A DNA stretch of 64,000 bases from Terriglobia bacterium (GTDB lineage: Bacteria > Acidobacteriota > Polarisedimenticolia > Polarisedimenticolales > JAIQFR01): NCBI GenBank assembly GCA_963748015.1, contig CAVVHE010000004.1, positions 1,728,001-1,792,000 of the forward strand. The letters run 5' to 3'. The translations under genes were made by a program, and so were the position numbers. Below the pieces are notes generated by a model. The model was not told the DNA's origin, did no database searches, and worked only from the letters and a program-made list of their open reading frames with translations. The stretch's first letter is position 1, and each line of letters starts with the position of its first letter. Shown here in pieces: positions 27,724-37,160 of the stretch.

Positions 27724-28203
27724 ATGGACCGCGAATCGGCACCGACCAGCGCACCTACGGCGAGACGAGACCCGGCGTTCGGCTTCGTTCTGGTCTTTCT
27801 CGGCCTGCTTGCGATCTGGTTCGCGGTCCAGTGGCTCCCGCGTTGGGACCAAGCCGTCCCGGCCTTGCGAACCCACCTGGTGATCTTCCTCGTCGCGGGA
27901 ATTCCCGTGGTCCTGGCCGGAGCCGCGTTCCTGGCGAACAGGCTCGTCGGGCTCGCCGGGTGGGCGGGAGGGGGCGCGGCCGCGATCTGCGGCGTGAACC
28001 TGCTCTCCGGCATCGCGCTCGGGACCATCCCCTGCGGGAGCCCCACCTGAGCGATCCAGAACGTGGCCCTCGGAGGGGGCTTCCTCGTCGCCGGCGGAAT
28101 GACCTGGTTGCGGGCCCGCCGCGGGCCGCAAGAGGGGCGATGCCGCGGCGATGGTGGCAATGAGATCGGCGGACCGCGAGGGATGGTGCCGGTCGTCCGC
28201 TAG
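27724..28203 (+). CDS. Hypothetical membrane protein (in-frame TGA at 28048, probably an indel artefact)
   Basis: Four hydrophobic segments; hydrophobic coding continues in frame after the TGA. Confidence 0.4.
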
Positions 28204-28597
28204 CGATTCCGCATGCCGAGGTACATGCCGCCGAAGTAGGGAACGAGCCAGGCGAACCAGACGAAGAGGCTGTACCGGTGGAAGCCTCTCCGCGCCTCGT
28301 CGCTCCCCTGCCGGGCCACCCGGGTGGCCCAGATCGGCATGGACCAGCATGAGCCAGAGGGCGATCTGCCCGGTGAGCGTGTGAGGCTCCCGGAGGTCGA
28401 AAGGCCCCCTGGCCAGGAAGTGCATGGCCGTCGGTGCCGCCGACGTCGAAGGCGAACCCCGTCCAGAAGGCGCCCACGTGCCACGGCTTGAGGTACCTGG
28501 CGATCCGCTCCGACCACACGCCCACCGAGTAGAAGACCAGGGCCAGCGTGATCGCGGTCGTCGAGACGATCAGCAGGAGCGGGGCGCCGCCGGTCAC
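28200..28597 (-). CDS. HsmA/TIGR03987-family membrane protein (frameshifted)
   Basis: ITLALVFYSVGVWSER....LKPWH..AFW.G..FD..GT, H.LTG..A..LML.HA.WAT, FHRYSLFVW..WLVPY..G, pieced from three frames. Confidence 0.8.
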
Positions 28598-29718
28598 GGC
28601 AGGAACTTGTCCGGGTGCTTGAGCTTGGCGGGCAGGTACTCGTCGAGGACGTAGTTGAGCCCCCACCGCGCGAGGGCCTGCTGCTCCGCGCGCACTCCCA
28701 TCTTGATGAGCGACTCGAGCGCCTTGGCCCACGGCCGGTGGATCTTGAAGAACGGATCGTTCTTGATCGCGTCCTTCGCGCGCTTGACGTCCACGTCCTT
28801 GAGGGGATGGGTCGGCAGCTTGTAGTCCACGATGTCCTGAGGGGTCACGCCCAGGAACGAGGCCTGCGGGACGCAGAAGAACCGGTTGATGTGGGCGGCG
28901 TTGCCCGATCCGACCTTGAGGGTGCGGTAGATGTTCGAGATCCCGTACGGGTCGCAGTCCACGAACGCGTAGACCGGCAGCTTGCACGAGTCCGAGAGGC
29001 GCCTCACGAACCGCCGGGTCGCGCGGGTCGGCACGCCGGCCATCGAGACGAGGATGCAGTGCGCCTTCTGCCAGAACTTGTGGCTTTGTAATCTCTGGAA
29101 CATACCGCCGGTCTCGATGCAGAGGATGAACTTGGCCTTCGTCTCGAACGTCAGGTGCTCGACCAGCGAAGGAATGGAGTAAGCGCCCGAGCCGAACCGC
29201 GTGCAGTCGATCTTCTCCACCTTCCCCGTCTCGAGGTCGGTGTCGTAGACGATCAGCTCGCCGGCGACCGCCCCTCCGTGCTCGTCGGGGATGTACCGCA
29301 GCTGCTCCCGGCTCACGCCGTGCACCGAGAACATCGCCTCGACGTCGTCCATGACCATGTCGGACTCGGACTGCTCGTCGAAGTGGGCCTCTCCCCAGTT
29401 CTTGGACTGGTAGTACGCGTCCCTCTTGGTGGCGAAGTCGTTCGTCTCGACCAGCTCCTTCGAGAGGGCCATCATCTTCAGCGTCTGCGCGAAGGTCTTG
29501 GCGGTGGTGACGGTGAGCGTTCTCACCGATTTCGCCTTGCCGATCTCGAAGAAGCCCTTGGCGGGGTCGTAGCGCACGTTCCCGAGCGAGCGCACCGGGA
29601 ACGCGACCTCCGGCTTCACGTGCTTCTCGATCCGCTTGTGGATGCCGGCGGCAACGTCGGAGATCGCCTCGACGGTGACGCGGTCGAGCCGGGCCTTCTC
29701 CGCCTGGGGGGATTTCAT
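28594..29718 (-). CDS. top6A: DNA topoisomerase VI subunit A (Spo11-like)
   Basis: ATKRDAYY (catalytic Tyr), F.EQSESD, CIETGG, GVPTRATRRF, VDCDPYG and AEQQAL. Confidence 0.93.
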   Translation of the reverse strand: MKSPQAEKARLDRVTVEAISDVAAGIHKRIEKHVKPEVAFPVRSLGNVRYDPAKGFFEIGKAKSVRTLTVTTAKTFAQTLKMMALSKELVETNDFATKRDAYYQSKNWGEAHFDEQSESDMVMDDVEAMFSVHGVSREQLRYIPDEHGGAVAGELIVYDTDLETGKVEKIDCTRFGSGAYSIPSLVEHLTFETKAKFILCIETGGMFQRLQSHKFWQKAHCILVSMAGVPTRATRRFVRRLSDSCKLPVYAFVDCDPYGISNIYRTLKVGSGNAAHINRFFCVPQASFLGVTPQDIVDYKLPTHPLKDVDVKRAKDAIKNDPFFKIHRPWAKALESLIKMGVRAEQQALARWGLNYVLDEYLPAKLKHPDKFLP

Positions 29719-29976
29719 GGCGCCCTTCCTCCCGGTTCGGCGACGAGAACCGCATCGCGCATGTTGCGGGAAGGCAAAAGATATCACGCGAACGCGAATT
29801 ACTCCTTTCAACCGGACCGACTTCTTGGTAAATAGTAGGGGCGATCGTCGCCGGTGGGGGAACGCATCGTCCGGCCAGACGTTTCGCGCTTCGTCCGTGT
29901 GGGGGGAATCGACTCAGGATACCGGGCTCGCAGGCCATTCCTGCGCGGCGAGGGTACGGCCGCGAGGAGGAATCGC

Positions 29977-30798
29977 GTGTTCCTGACTCGCTCGACGCAT
30001 CCTGGTTGGCTGTCGAACGCCTATCTCGTCGCCGACGTCGAGAGCCGGACCGCCGTCGCGGTGGACAGCGGCGCGCCGCTCGGTCCCTTCTTCGATGCGC
30101 TCGCGACGCACGGTGTCGAGCTGGCCGCGATCCTCACGACACATCGGCATGCGGACCACGTCGCAGGTCACCCCGAGCTGCTGCGCCGCACCGGTGCCAA
30201 GGTATTTGCCCTGCGGGGGGAGGCCGAGCACGTTCCGCAGGCTCTCCCGCTCGAGGACGGAGAGGTCCGGGAGTGGGGAGGGATCCGGGTCCGGGTGGTC
30301 GGCCTTCCCGGCCACACCGGCCACCACGCGGGTTACCTCCTCGACGGAATGGGATTCTTCGGCGGTGACTGCCTCCTCGCGGGCTCGATCGGAGGGTGCG
30401 CGGGCCCCTCGGCGGGCTCCTTCGACGACCTTCGAAGGTCCCTTCTCGACAAGATCCTCGCCCTCCCCGACGAGACGGCCGTCCATCCGGGGCACGCCGA
30501 GCCGACCACGATCGGCCACGAGAGGACCTCGAACCCGTTTCTCCGGGTGATGACGGGACTCGACCCCGAGGGCTCGGGCACCTGCCTGGCCCTGGGGCGC
30601 CCCGCGCGCCTCGTGGTCCTCGCGCGCGACTTCGACGGAAGCACGAAGGCGTGGGTGCGGTTCCTCGACACGGACTCCGACCTGGTCCTCTCCGGCCGCC
30701 GCGTCGAGGTTCACGTGGGAATCCCCTCCGACCCGCAGGGACTTCGCCCTCGCCGTCCCGCGGCGCGCTCGAAGTCGGCCGAGACCGCCAAGGAGTAG
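29977..30798 (+). CDS. MBL-fold metallo-hydrolase (glyoxalase II-like)
   Basis: THRHADH, PGHT, GDCL, PGH..TTIG.E...NPFL; GAGGAGG RBS before GTG. Confidence 0.9.
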   Translation: MFLTRSTHPGWLSNAYLVADVESRTAVAVDSGAPLGPFFDALATHGVELAAILTTHRHADHVAGHPELLRRTGAKVFALRGEAEHVPQALPLEDGEVREWGGIRVRVVGLPGHTGHHAGYLLDGMGFFGGDCLLAGSIGGCAGPSAGSFDDLRRSLLDKILALPDETAVHPGHAEPTTIGHERTSNPFLRVMTGLDPEGSGTCLALGRPARLVVLARDFDGSTKAWVRFLDTDSDLVLSGRRVEVHVGIPSDPQGLRPRRPAARSKSAETAKE

Positions 30799-30843
30799 TC
30801 CGGGAACGGCGGTAGCCCCCCGTTTCGGTAGGTCGGACCGTCT

Positions 30844-31725
30844 CTAGGCGCGCTTGTTCGTTCGAGCGACCGCCTTCTCGACCGCGCGGCTGAGCCACGC
30901 CGAGAACTCGTCGGGAGGCATGAAGCCGCTCTCGCGCGCGACCTCGTGGCCCGCGGAGTCGAGAACGACGAGCGTCGGGTACCCTCGCACGTCGAAGCGG
31001 TCGGCGATGTCGGCGCCCGGCGGTCCCGAGCGGGGCTCGGTCCCCTCGCTGTCCACCCTGACCGCGACGATCTCCGACAGCTTCCCCGCCACCTCGGCGT
31101 CGCGGAACGTCTCGCGGTCCATCATCTTGCACGGGCCGCACCAGGTCGCGTAGAAGTCCACGAACACCGGCTTGCCCGTCGCCTTCGCGCGCTCGAGACC
31201 GGGACCGAAGTCGAGCCATTCGAGCCGGGCCGGGGTGGCTTCGGGCCGCTCGGTCCCGGCTGCCGGCTCCTCGTGGGGGACGGTCGCGGGCAGCCGGCGG
31301 ACCGCGGCGACGGCAACCGCGACGAACACGGCGATCGCGCCCAGCGTCGCCCAGCCGAGAACCCGTCCCGTGCGCTTCCAGGGACGCGCACCAGGGTCCA
31401 GACCGCGCCGCGGATTGCCGGTCGGCGGGCTGACCAGGAGAACCAGCGTCGCGACGGACCCGAAGAACAGGACGAAGTCCATCGAACCGCCGCGCACGGA
31501 CACGAGAACCGCTCCCGCGAACGACAGGAACAGGGCGAAGGCGGCGCCCGCCCAGCGCGCCCACCTCTGGCGCAGCACGAGCCCGGCGGCCAGGGCGATC
31601 CCGATCCAGGCGATGCCGAGGGCAAGGAGGCGCGCAGCGGCTCCCGGCCCCGGCGGCAACCCGGCCACCGACCAGATGGCGGATGCCACGAAGAAGATCG
31701 CGCCGAAGACGAGTCCGAAAGGCAC
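30844..31725 (-). CDS. Membrane-anchored thioredoxin-family protein
   Basis: About 5 TM helices, then VDFYATWCGPCKMM and GYPT. Confidence 0.88.
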   Translation of the reverse strand: MPFGLVFGAIFFVASAIWSVAGLPPGPGAAARLLALGIAWIGIALAAGLVLRQRWARWAGAAFALFLSFAGAVLVSVRGGSMDFVLFFGSVATLVLLVSPPTGNPRRGLDPGARPWKRTGRVLGWATLGAIAVFVAVAVAAVRRLPATVPHEEPAAGTERPEATPARLEWLDFGPGLERAKATGKPVFVDFYATWCGPCKMMDRETFRDAEVAGKLSEIVAVRVDSEGTEPRSGPPGADIADRFDVRGYPTLVVLDSAGHEVARESGFMPPDEFSAWLSRAVEKAVARTNKRA

Positions 31726-31888
31726 CCGGGAACCTCCCCCGAACGAAGCTACCTATCTACCGCAAGGGCCGCCGGGCCGCAAGGTCGGAGCGCGACGCGG
31801 ATCGGCTGTCCTGGATTCCTCGGGGGAGGGAACGAGAAGCGGGCCACGCGTCCAGCGACGCATGGCCCGCAGCGAAGTCGAAACCGCG

Positions 31889-32947
31889 TCAGACGGAAAG
31901 GCCGTCGTGACGATGCGCGATCGGGGCTGCCGCGGGATGCGCCGGCGGCTCCGGGGGCTCGGGGGGAGCGGGCGGGGCCAGGAGCTCCAGGTGGGCCCGC
32001 GGGCCGCCCGGCTCGTCCTTCTCCATCTCGGGGATCGCGACCTTGAGGTGCATCGTCCTGCGGTCGCGCACCAGCTCGAGGTCCACCGTCTTCCCCTCCT
32101 TCTCCGACAGCGCACCGATCAGGTCGCCGGAATCCTCCACCGCGTCGCCGTCCACGGAGAGGATGAGGTCGCCCACGCGGACTCCCGCCTTCTCCGCGGG
32201 CGTCCCGGTCAGGACCTTCCCGACGAGGACCCCGGCCTCTTTCTTGCCGCCGAGGAACTCGCGCAGGTCGGGAGTGGTCTCGACGAGCTCGACGCCGAGG
32301 CGCGGGCGGCGGGCGAACGCGAAGCTCCATGCGCTCCCCTGCCGATGCTCGCCCCGCGGGATCATGAGCTCGAGCTTCTGCAGGTGTTTCTCCTTCTCGG
32401 CCAGGGCCTTCTCGAGCTCGCCGCCCTCCTTGAGCATCTGCAGCTGGGCATCGAACTGCTCGAGGTCGGGCATGTGGATGGTGATGTCCTCGCCCCCGCC
32501 GCCGGGCATGGCCACGACGATGCGGCGCTGGTCTCGCTCTCCGACCTCGACGGTCAAGGTCTGCTTCTTCCCGTCCCGGACGAAGGTGAGCGGGACCTTG
32601 TCCCCGGCCTTCGCCTGGTGGATTCGCTTCGTGAGGGCGCCGGGGCCGCGGATGACGGCGTCGCCGAAGCCGACGATGACGTCGCCTCGCTTCAGCCCCG
32701 CCTTCTCGGCCGGCGAGTCGTCGAGCACCGACACGATCTTGGCGCCGCCCTCGGGAGTCTCGGTCTCCTCGCTGAGGTTGACGCCCAGATAGGGGGTCTT
32801 CTCGCCCGGCCCCTCGTTCTGCCCCACCACCACCACTTTCTTCTGAATCTTCTGGGTATCCGTTTCCGCCGCGTTCGCCGGCGGCGCGGCCATCGCCGCC
32901 AGGACCAGTCCGACCGCCACGGCTCCCAAGCTCGCTTTCCAGGTCAT
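31889..32947 (-). CDS. Secreted protein with two PDZ domains
   Basis: Signal peptide; YLGV...SPAEKAGLKRGDVI and RLGV...TPAEKAGVRVGDLI. No protease domain seen. Confidence 0.88.
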   Translation of the reverse strand: MTWKASLGAVAVGLVLAAMAAPPANAAETDTQKIQKKVVVVGQNEGPGEKTPYLGVNLSEETETPEGGAKIVSVLDDSPAEKAGLKRGDVIVGFGDAVIRGPGALTKRIHQAKAGDKVPLTFVRDGKKQTLTVEVGERDQRRIVVAMPGGGGEDITIHMPDLEQFDAQLQMLKEGGELEKALAEKEKHLQKLELMIPRGEHRQGSAWSFAFARRPRLGVELVETTPDLREFLGGKKEAGVLVGKVLTGTPAEKAGVRVGDLILSVDGDAVEDSGDLIGALSEKEGKTVDLELVRDRRTMHLKVAIPEMEKDEPGGPRAHLELLAPPAPPEPPEPPAHPAAAPIAHRHDGLSV

Positions 32948-33225
32948 CGTCGCTTCCTCCATGCCCCAGAGACGTTCGAACTCTACTACGCACGAACCCC
33001 TCGGGCGGACGAAACGGGCGGCGACGGCCCGAAGCCCGTCGTCCCCGGCCCGCAACCCGGCGCGCGCGGGAGGTGGCCCCGGGGCCCTCCTCGACACCAG
33101 ATTGGCTGCGTTCGCCCTCGCACCCGGCCGACCGGGCGCTGGTCGAAGCAGGTCCCACCGCCGAACGCCTCCCGTCACGAGCGGAGCGGCGCCGCGGCTC
33201 CGGCGCCCCGACCGAGGAGAGCATC

Positions 33226-33960
33226 ATGCGGAGAAATCGGTGTGCGAAACGATGGAGGGTATCCGGTCTCGCGGTTCTCTCGCTGCTCGTGGCGGCGGGG
33301 GCGGCACGCGCCGAGGCGGCGGTCGAAATGCGAATCGACGGCGACGCCGCGGGCCGCGCCGAGGTGACGGTCGAGGTGCGGATCGACGGCGGCGCCGCGG
33401 GGTTCTCGGGAGTCCTCGAGCGTGACGGCGTGCGGGTCGCGTTCGAGAGCCGCGAGACGCCGACCGGGGCGGAGTCGAGGATCGTCTCGGCCGACGGAGA
33501 GGTGCTCACGGAGGTGATCGTGGACGAGAAGGCGGGAACCTTCGACTACCGGGTCGGGGGCATCTCGCTCTCGAACGAACTGAGCATCGCCGAGACGGAG
33601 CAGGCGATGAAGGCGTTCGATCGGGCGGATGCCGCCCTGGCGGCGCAGCACCTCTGGTCCTCGCTCGAGAGCATGGGATATCCGAAGGAATCGCGCGCGA
33701 TGGCGGCCCTCGCGGCGAACCTCACCGCTTACGCCGCCGTTCCCAAGGAGTACTTCCCGGTCGAAGGCGACGGCATGTGCATGGGCTGTTGCGGTCCGTC
33801 CTGCTGGGGATGCACCGGGTGCTACACGACCGCCTGCCTCGAGCACGACATGTGCGTGGCGCGGTACGGGTACACGGCCAACCGCTGCAACCGTATCCTC
33901 TACCTCGCGGCGCTGTCGGCCTGGTGCTGCCAGGGCGCGGACCTTGGCCCTCTCTGCTGA
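33226..33960 (+). CDS. Secreted hypothetical protein with a Cys-rich C-terminal domain (CxxHDxC, PLA2-like motif)
   Basis: GAGGAG RBS, signal peptide; C-terminus CMGCCGPSCWGCTGCYTTACLEHDMC...C...CC...C. Confidence 0.7.
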   Translation: MRRNRCAKRWRVSGLAVLSLLVAAGAARAEAAVEMRIDGDAAGRAEVTVEVRIDGGAAGFSGVLERDGVRVAFESRETPTGAESRIVSADGEVLTEVIVDEKAGTFDYRVGGISLSNELSIAETEQAMKAFDRADAALAAQHLWSSLESMGYPKESRAMAALAANLTAYAAVPKEYFPVEGDGMCMGCCGPSCWGCTGCYTTACLEHDMCVARYGYTANRCNRILYLAALSAWCCQGADLGPLC

Positions 33961-33974
33961 AAGGAGGCGCGTCG

Positions 33975-34325
33975 ATGAGGGAGAATTCCCGCGAGGGCGT
34001 GGCACCCGCTCTGGCGGTCCTGCTGGGCGGGTTTCTCGGATTCGTTCAGTTCGCGCTCTTCTTCGCCGACCTGCCCGGCTCGCCCGCCGTCGCGTCCCGC
34101 GTGGCCGTGGCCGCGACGATCGGCGCGCTCTCCGGCATCGCGCTCGGGCGTCTCCGGCCCGGCGCGTGGCTGCCTCTTTCCCTGCTGGCCGCGTGGGGAG
34201 CTATCTTCTGGGGAATCGCTCTGGCCGCGATGCAAGCCGAGAACTGGCTCGCGGTGCTCGGCGCCCCTCCCCTCCTCGCCGCGCTGGGCGCCCGTGCCGG
34301 CGCCGCTTGGGGTCGGCGTCCATAG
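33975..34325 (+). CDS. Small multi-pass membrane protein
   Basis: AAGGAGG RBS directly after the previous stop; about 4 hydrophobic segments in 116 aa. Confidence 0.7.
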   Translation: MRENSREGVAPALAVLLGGFLGFVQFALFFADLPGSPAVASRVAVAATIGALSGIALGRLRPGAWLPLSLLAAWGAIFWGIALAAMQAENWLAVLGAPPLLAALGARAGAAWGRRP

Positions 34326-34402
34326 GAGAACGGGGGGCTCGCGCGCTACCGAGCGCGGCCCCCCGTGCGCCTCTCTCGAGAAGGCTCCGCGCTCCGATCG
34401 CG

Positions 34403-34897
34403 TCAGAGATCGAAGGCGGACTCGCAGCGGCCCAGCACCTTCCCGATGTCCGAGAACGCCTGCACCGTCCAGACGTAGCTCACGCCCTTGGAAATACGGC
34501 TCAGCTCTTCCTGCGTCAGCGTGACGCTCGGGAGGTTCGACGCGCGCTGAATGAGTATCGTGGACGAGCCCTTCGCCGAGAGAACGAACGAGTAGTACTT
34601 CGTGCTCGACACCGTCTCCCAGCGGAACTTCGTCGGGGTGTTCCCGAGCTTTCCCGGTCTCGGCTCGATCACATCGATCTGCATGACGATGGGCACGACG
34701 GTCTTGACCTGCTTCTTCTCCGTCATGAACAGGTACGTCAGCCCCGCGCCAACGATCACGAAGATGACGAGGGCAATGACTACCGTTACCTTGTTCTTGC
34801 GCCAGGGGGGCGCCTCGAGCTCCTCGATGTCGTGTTCGAAGCGATCCTCGGAGGTCTCGAACACGGGCGGGCCGGCCACCTTCTTCTCATGCGTCAT
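34403..34897 (-). CDS. Single-TM hypothetical protein with a beta-rich extracytoplasmic domain
   Basis: Good RBS, one TM helix, then an Fn3-like pattern (FRWE.V....YY...YVWTVQA). Confidence 0.7.
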   Translation of the reverse strand: MTHEKKVAGPPVFETSEDRFEHDIEELEAPPWRKNKVTVVIALVIFVIVGAGLTYLFMTEKKQVKTVVPIVMQIDVIEPRPGKLGNTPTKFRWETVSSTKYYSFVLSAKGSSTILIQRASNLPSVTLTQEELSRISKGVSYVWTVQAFSDIGKVLGRCESAFDL

Positions 34898-35135
34898 GAA
34901 AGCCTCCTTCCGTGGGCTCCGTCTCCCTCGCGGGAACGGCGCCTCCCGGGCCTAGGAGGCGGAGCTCGGCACTATCCTCGCGCTTTCGCGGTGTCAAAAC
35001 AAGCCCTGTTCCGGGCAAGAACGCAGGAACCCGCGGATCCGGGTTCCGGCGTCGCCAGCGCCGCTCGACCCGCGCCGGCTGGGAGCGATCCGGGATAGGA
35101 TGAAGGGCTCCTGAAACCCCTCGAGGGATCGACCC

Positions 35136-36836
35136 ATGCAAAGGATGTTTCCTCTCCTGACGGTTTTTCTCCTCTTCCCGGCCGTCCTGCTGGCCGCCGA
35201 TCGCCCCGACGGGCGTGCCTTCGCGACGCGCTCGGTGGTTTACGCGCGCCACGGCATGGTCGCCGCGGCGCACCCGCTGGCGGTGGACATCGGCCTCGAC
35301 GTCCTGAAGAGGGGCGGCACGGCCGTCGATGCGGCGATCGCCGTGAACGCGGCGCTCGGCTTCCTCGAGCCGGTCTCCTGCGGCGTCGGCGGCGACCTCT
35401 TCGCGATCGTCTGGGACGCGAAGTCGAAGAAGCTCTACGGTTTGAACGCTTCCGGGCGCGCCCCGCGCGGGCTCACGGCGGACAAGGTCCCACCCGACCC
35501 GGACGGCACGGTTCCCCTCTACACGCCCTACGCGTGGACCGTCCCGGGCGCCGTGGACGGCTGGTTCGAGCTGCACGGGAAGTTCGGGCGCCTCCCGATG
35601 AAGGAAGTCCTCGCCCCGGCGATCCGCATCGCCCGCGAGGGGGCGCCGGTTCCGCAGGGAATCGCCGCCGCCTGGGCGCGAGGTGGCCGCGCGAACCGCG
35701 ACAAGCCGGGCTTCGCCGCGACCTTCCTCCCCGGAGGGAAGACCCCGAAGGAGGGAGAGGTCTTCAGGAACCCCGACCTGTCGAAGACCTACCAGGCGAT
35801 CGCCGACGGCGGCCGCGACGCGTTCTACCGGGGGCCGGTGTCCCAGGCGATCGTGGCGTTCTCGGGCAAGGTGGGAGGCTTCTTCTCTCCCGAGGACTTC
35901 GCGTCCCACCGCTCCGAGTGGGTCGAGCCGGTCTCGACCGCTTACCGCGGGGCGACCCTCTGGGAGCTGCCGCCGAACACCCAGGGCATCTCGGCCCTCG
36001 AGATGCTGAACATCCTCGAGGGGTTCGACCTCAAGGGGATGGGAAGGGACTCGGCCGCCTTCTGGCACACGATGGTCGAGGCGAAGAAGCTAGCGTTCGA
36101 GGACCGGGCGAAGTACTTCGCCGATCCCGCCTTCGCGAAGGTTCCGGTGGACGGGCTGGTCTCGAAGGCGTACGGCCGCTCGCAGGCGAAGCGGATCGAC
36201 CCGGCGCGCGCGGCGCAGCGCCTCGAGGCGGGAGATCCGCGGCTGGCCGGCGGCGACACGACGTACCTTGCCGTGGCCGACGCCGACGGGAACATGGTCT
36301 CCCTGATCCAGAGCAACTACACGGGCTTCGGCTCGGGATACGTCGTCGAGGGGTGGGGCTTCGGCCTGCAGGACCGCGGCGGCCTCTTCAGCCTGAAGCC
36401 GGGCTCGCCGAACCTCCTCGAGCCGGGCAAGCGGCCGTTCCACACCATCGTTCCGGCGTTCGTGACCCGCGACGGGAAGCCGTGGATCGCCTTCGGCGTC
36501 ATGGGCGGCGACATGCAGCCGCAGGGGCACGTGCAGGTGCTCGTGAACCTCCTCGACTTCGGGATGAACCTGCAGGAGGCCGGCGACGCCGCCCGCTACT
36601 ACCACACCGGATCGAGCGAGCCCACGGGAACCTTGATGACCACCGGCGGCGTCCTGTCGCTCGAGAGCGGCGTGCCCGCGGAGGTGCGCCGAGATCTCCT
36701 GCGGATGGGCCACCGGATCTCCGACACGAACCCGGCCGCCTTCGGCGGCTACCAGGCCGTCGCGATCGACCCCGTCACCGGCGTCCTCTCCGGCGCCAGC
36801 GAGTCCCGCAAGGACGGCTGCGCGATGGGCTACTGA
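35136..36836 (+). CDS. ggt: Gamma-glutamyltransferase family protein
   Basis: GGTAVDAAIA, GVGGDLF, VPGAV, GDTTYLAVAD.DGN.VS (nucleophile Thr), PGKRPFHT, GVMGG.MQPQGH. Confidence 0.94.
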   Translation: MQRMFPLLTVFLLFPAVLLAADRPDGRAFATRSVVYARHGMVAAAHPLAVDIGLDVLKRGGTAVDAAIAVNAALGFLEPVSCGVGGDLFAIVWDAKSKKLYGLNASGRAPRGLTADKVPPDPDGTVPLYTPYAWTVPGAVDGWFELHGKFGRLPMKEVLAPAIRIAREGAPVPQGIAAAWARGGRANRDKPGFAATFLPGGKTPKEGEVFRNPDLSKTYQAIADGGRDAFYRGPVSQAIVAFSGKVGGFFSPEDFASHRSEWVEPVSTAYRGATLWELPPNTQGISALEMLNILEGFDLKGMGRDSAAFWHTMVEAKKLAFEDRAKYFADPAFAKVPVDGLVSKAYGRSQAKRIDPARAAQRLEAGDPRLAGGDTTYLAVADADGNMVSLIQSNYTGFGSGYVVEGWGFGLQDRGGLFSLKPGSPNLLEPGKRPFHTIVPAFVTRDGKPWIAFGVMGGDMQPQGHVQVLVNLLDFGMNLQEAGDAARYYHTGSSEPTGTLMTTGGVLSLESGVPAEVRRDLLRMGHRISDTNPAAFGGYQAVAIDPVTGVLSGASESRKDGCAMGY

Positions 36837-36943
36837 AGGTTAACGCGGGGGCGCGTCCGGCAGGAGGACGACCCCGCGGCGACCTCCCTCTGCGAGTTCC
36901 CTGCGAGCCGGAGCGCTGCGCGACAAGAGAATGGGCGCGGAGG

Positions 36944-37139
36944 CCGGCGTTTTCCGTCCGCCGAGGCTCCCGCGGCGACCTCCCTCGGCGACGACCCGCA
37001 TCGGCCGCGCACGGGGTCGAGCAAGCGCGATGGCGCGGACCCTAGCGCCATCGCGCTCGACCCCGTGCGCGGCCGTGCAAGGGTCCCCGTCGCCTCGGGC
37101 ATCGTCGCCGCGGGAGCCTCGGCGGACGGAAAACGCCGG
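36944..37139. repeat. Long palindromic (rod-hairpin) interspersed repeat, copy 1
   Basis: Perfect 36-bp outer arms at 36944-36979 and 37104-37139 with nested stems. Core nearly identical to 44728-44913. Confidence 0.9.
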
Positions 37140-37160
37140 ACGGGCATTTGCGGTACGCCG

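Noticed and set aside
28048..28050. Selenocysteine read-through of an in-frame TGA in the membrane ORF
   Set aside because: There is no redox-motif context or clear SECIS; a pair of compensating indels is more likely in this assembly.
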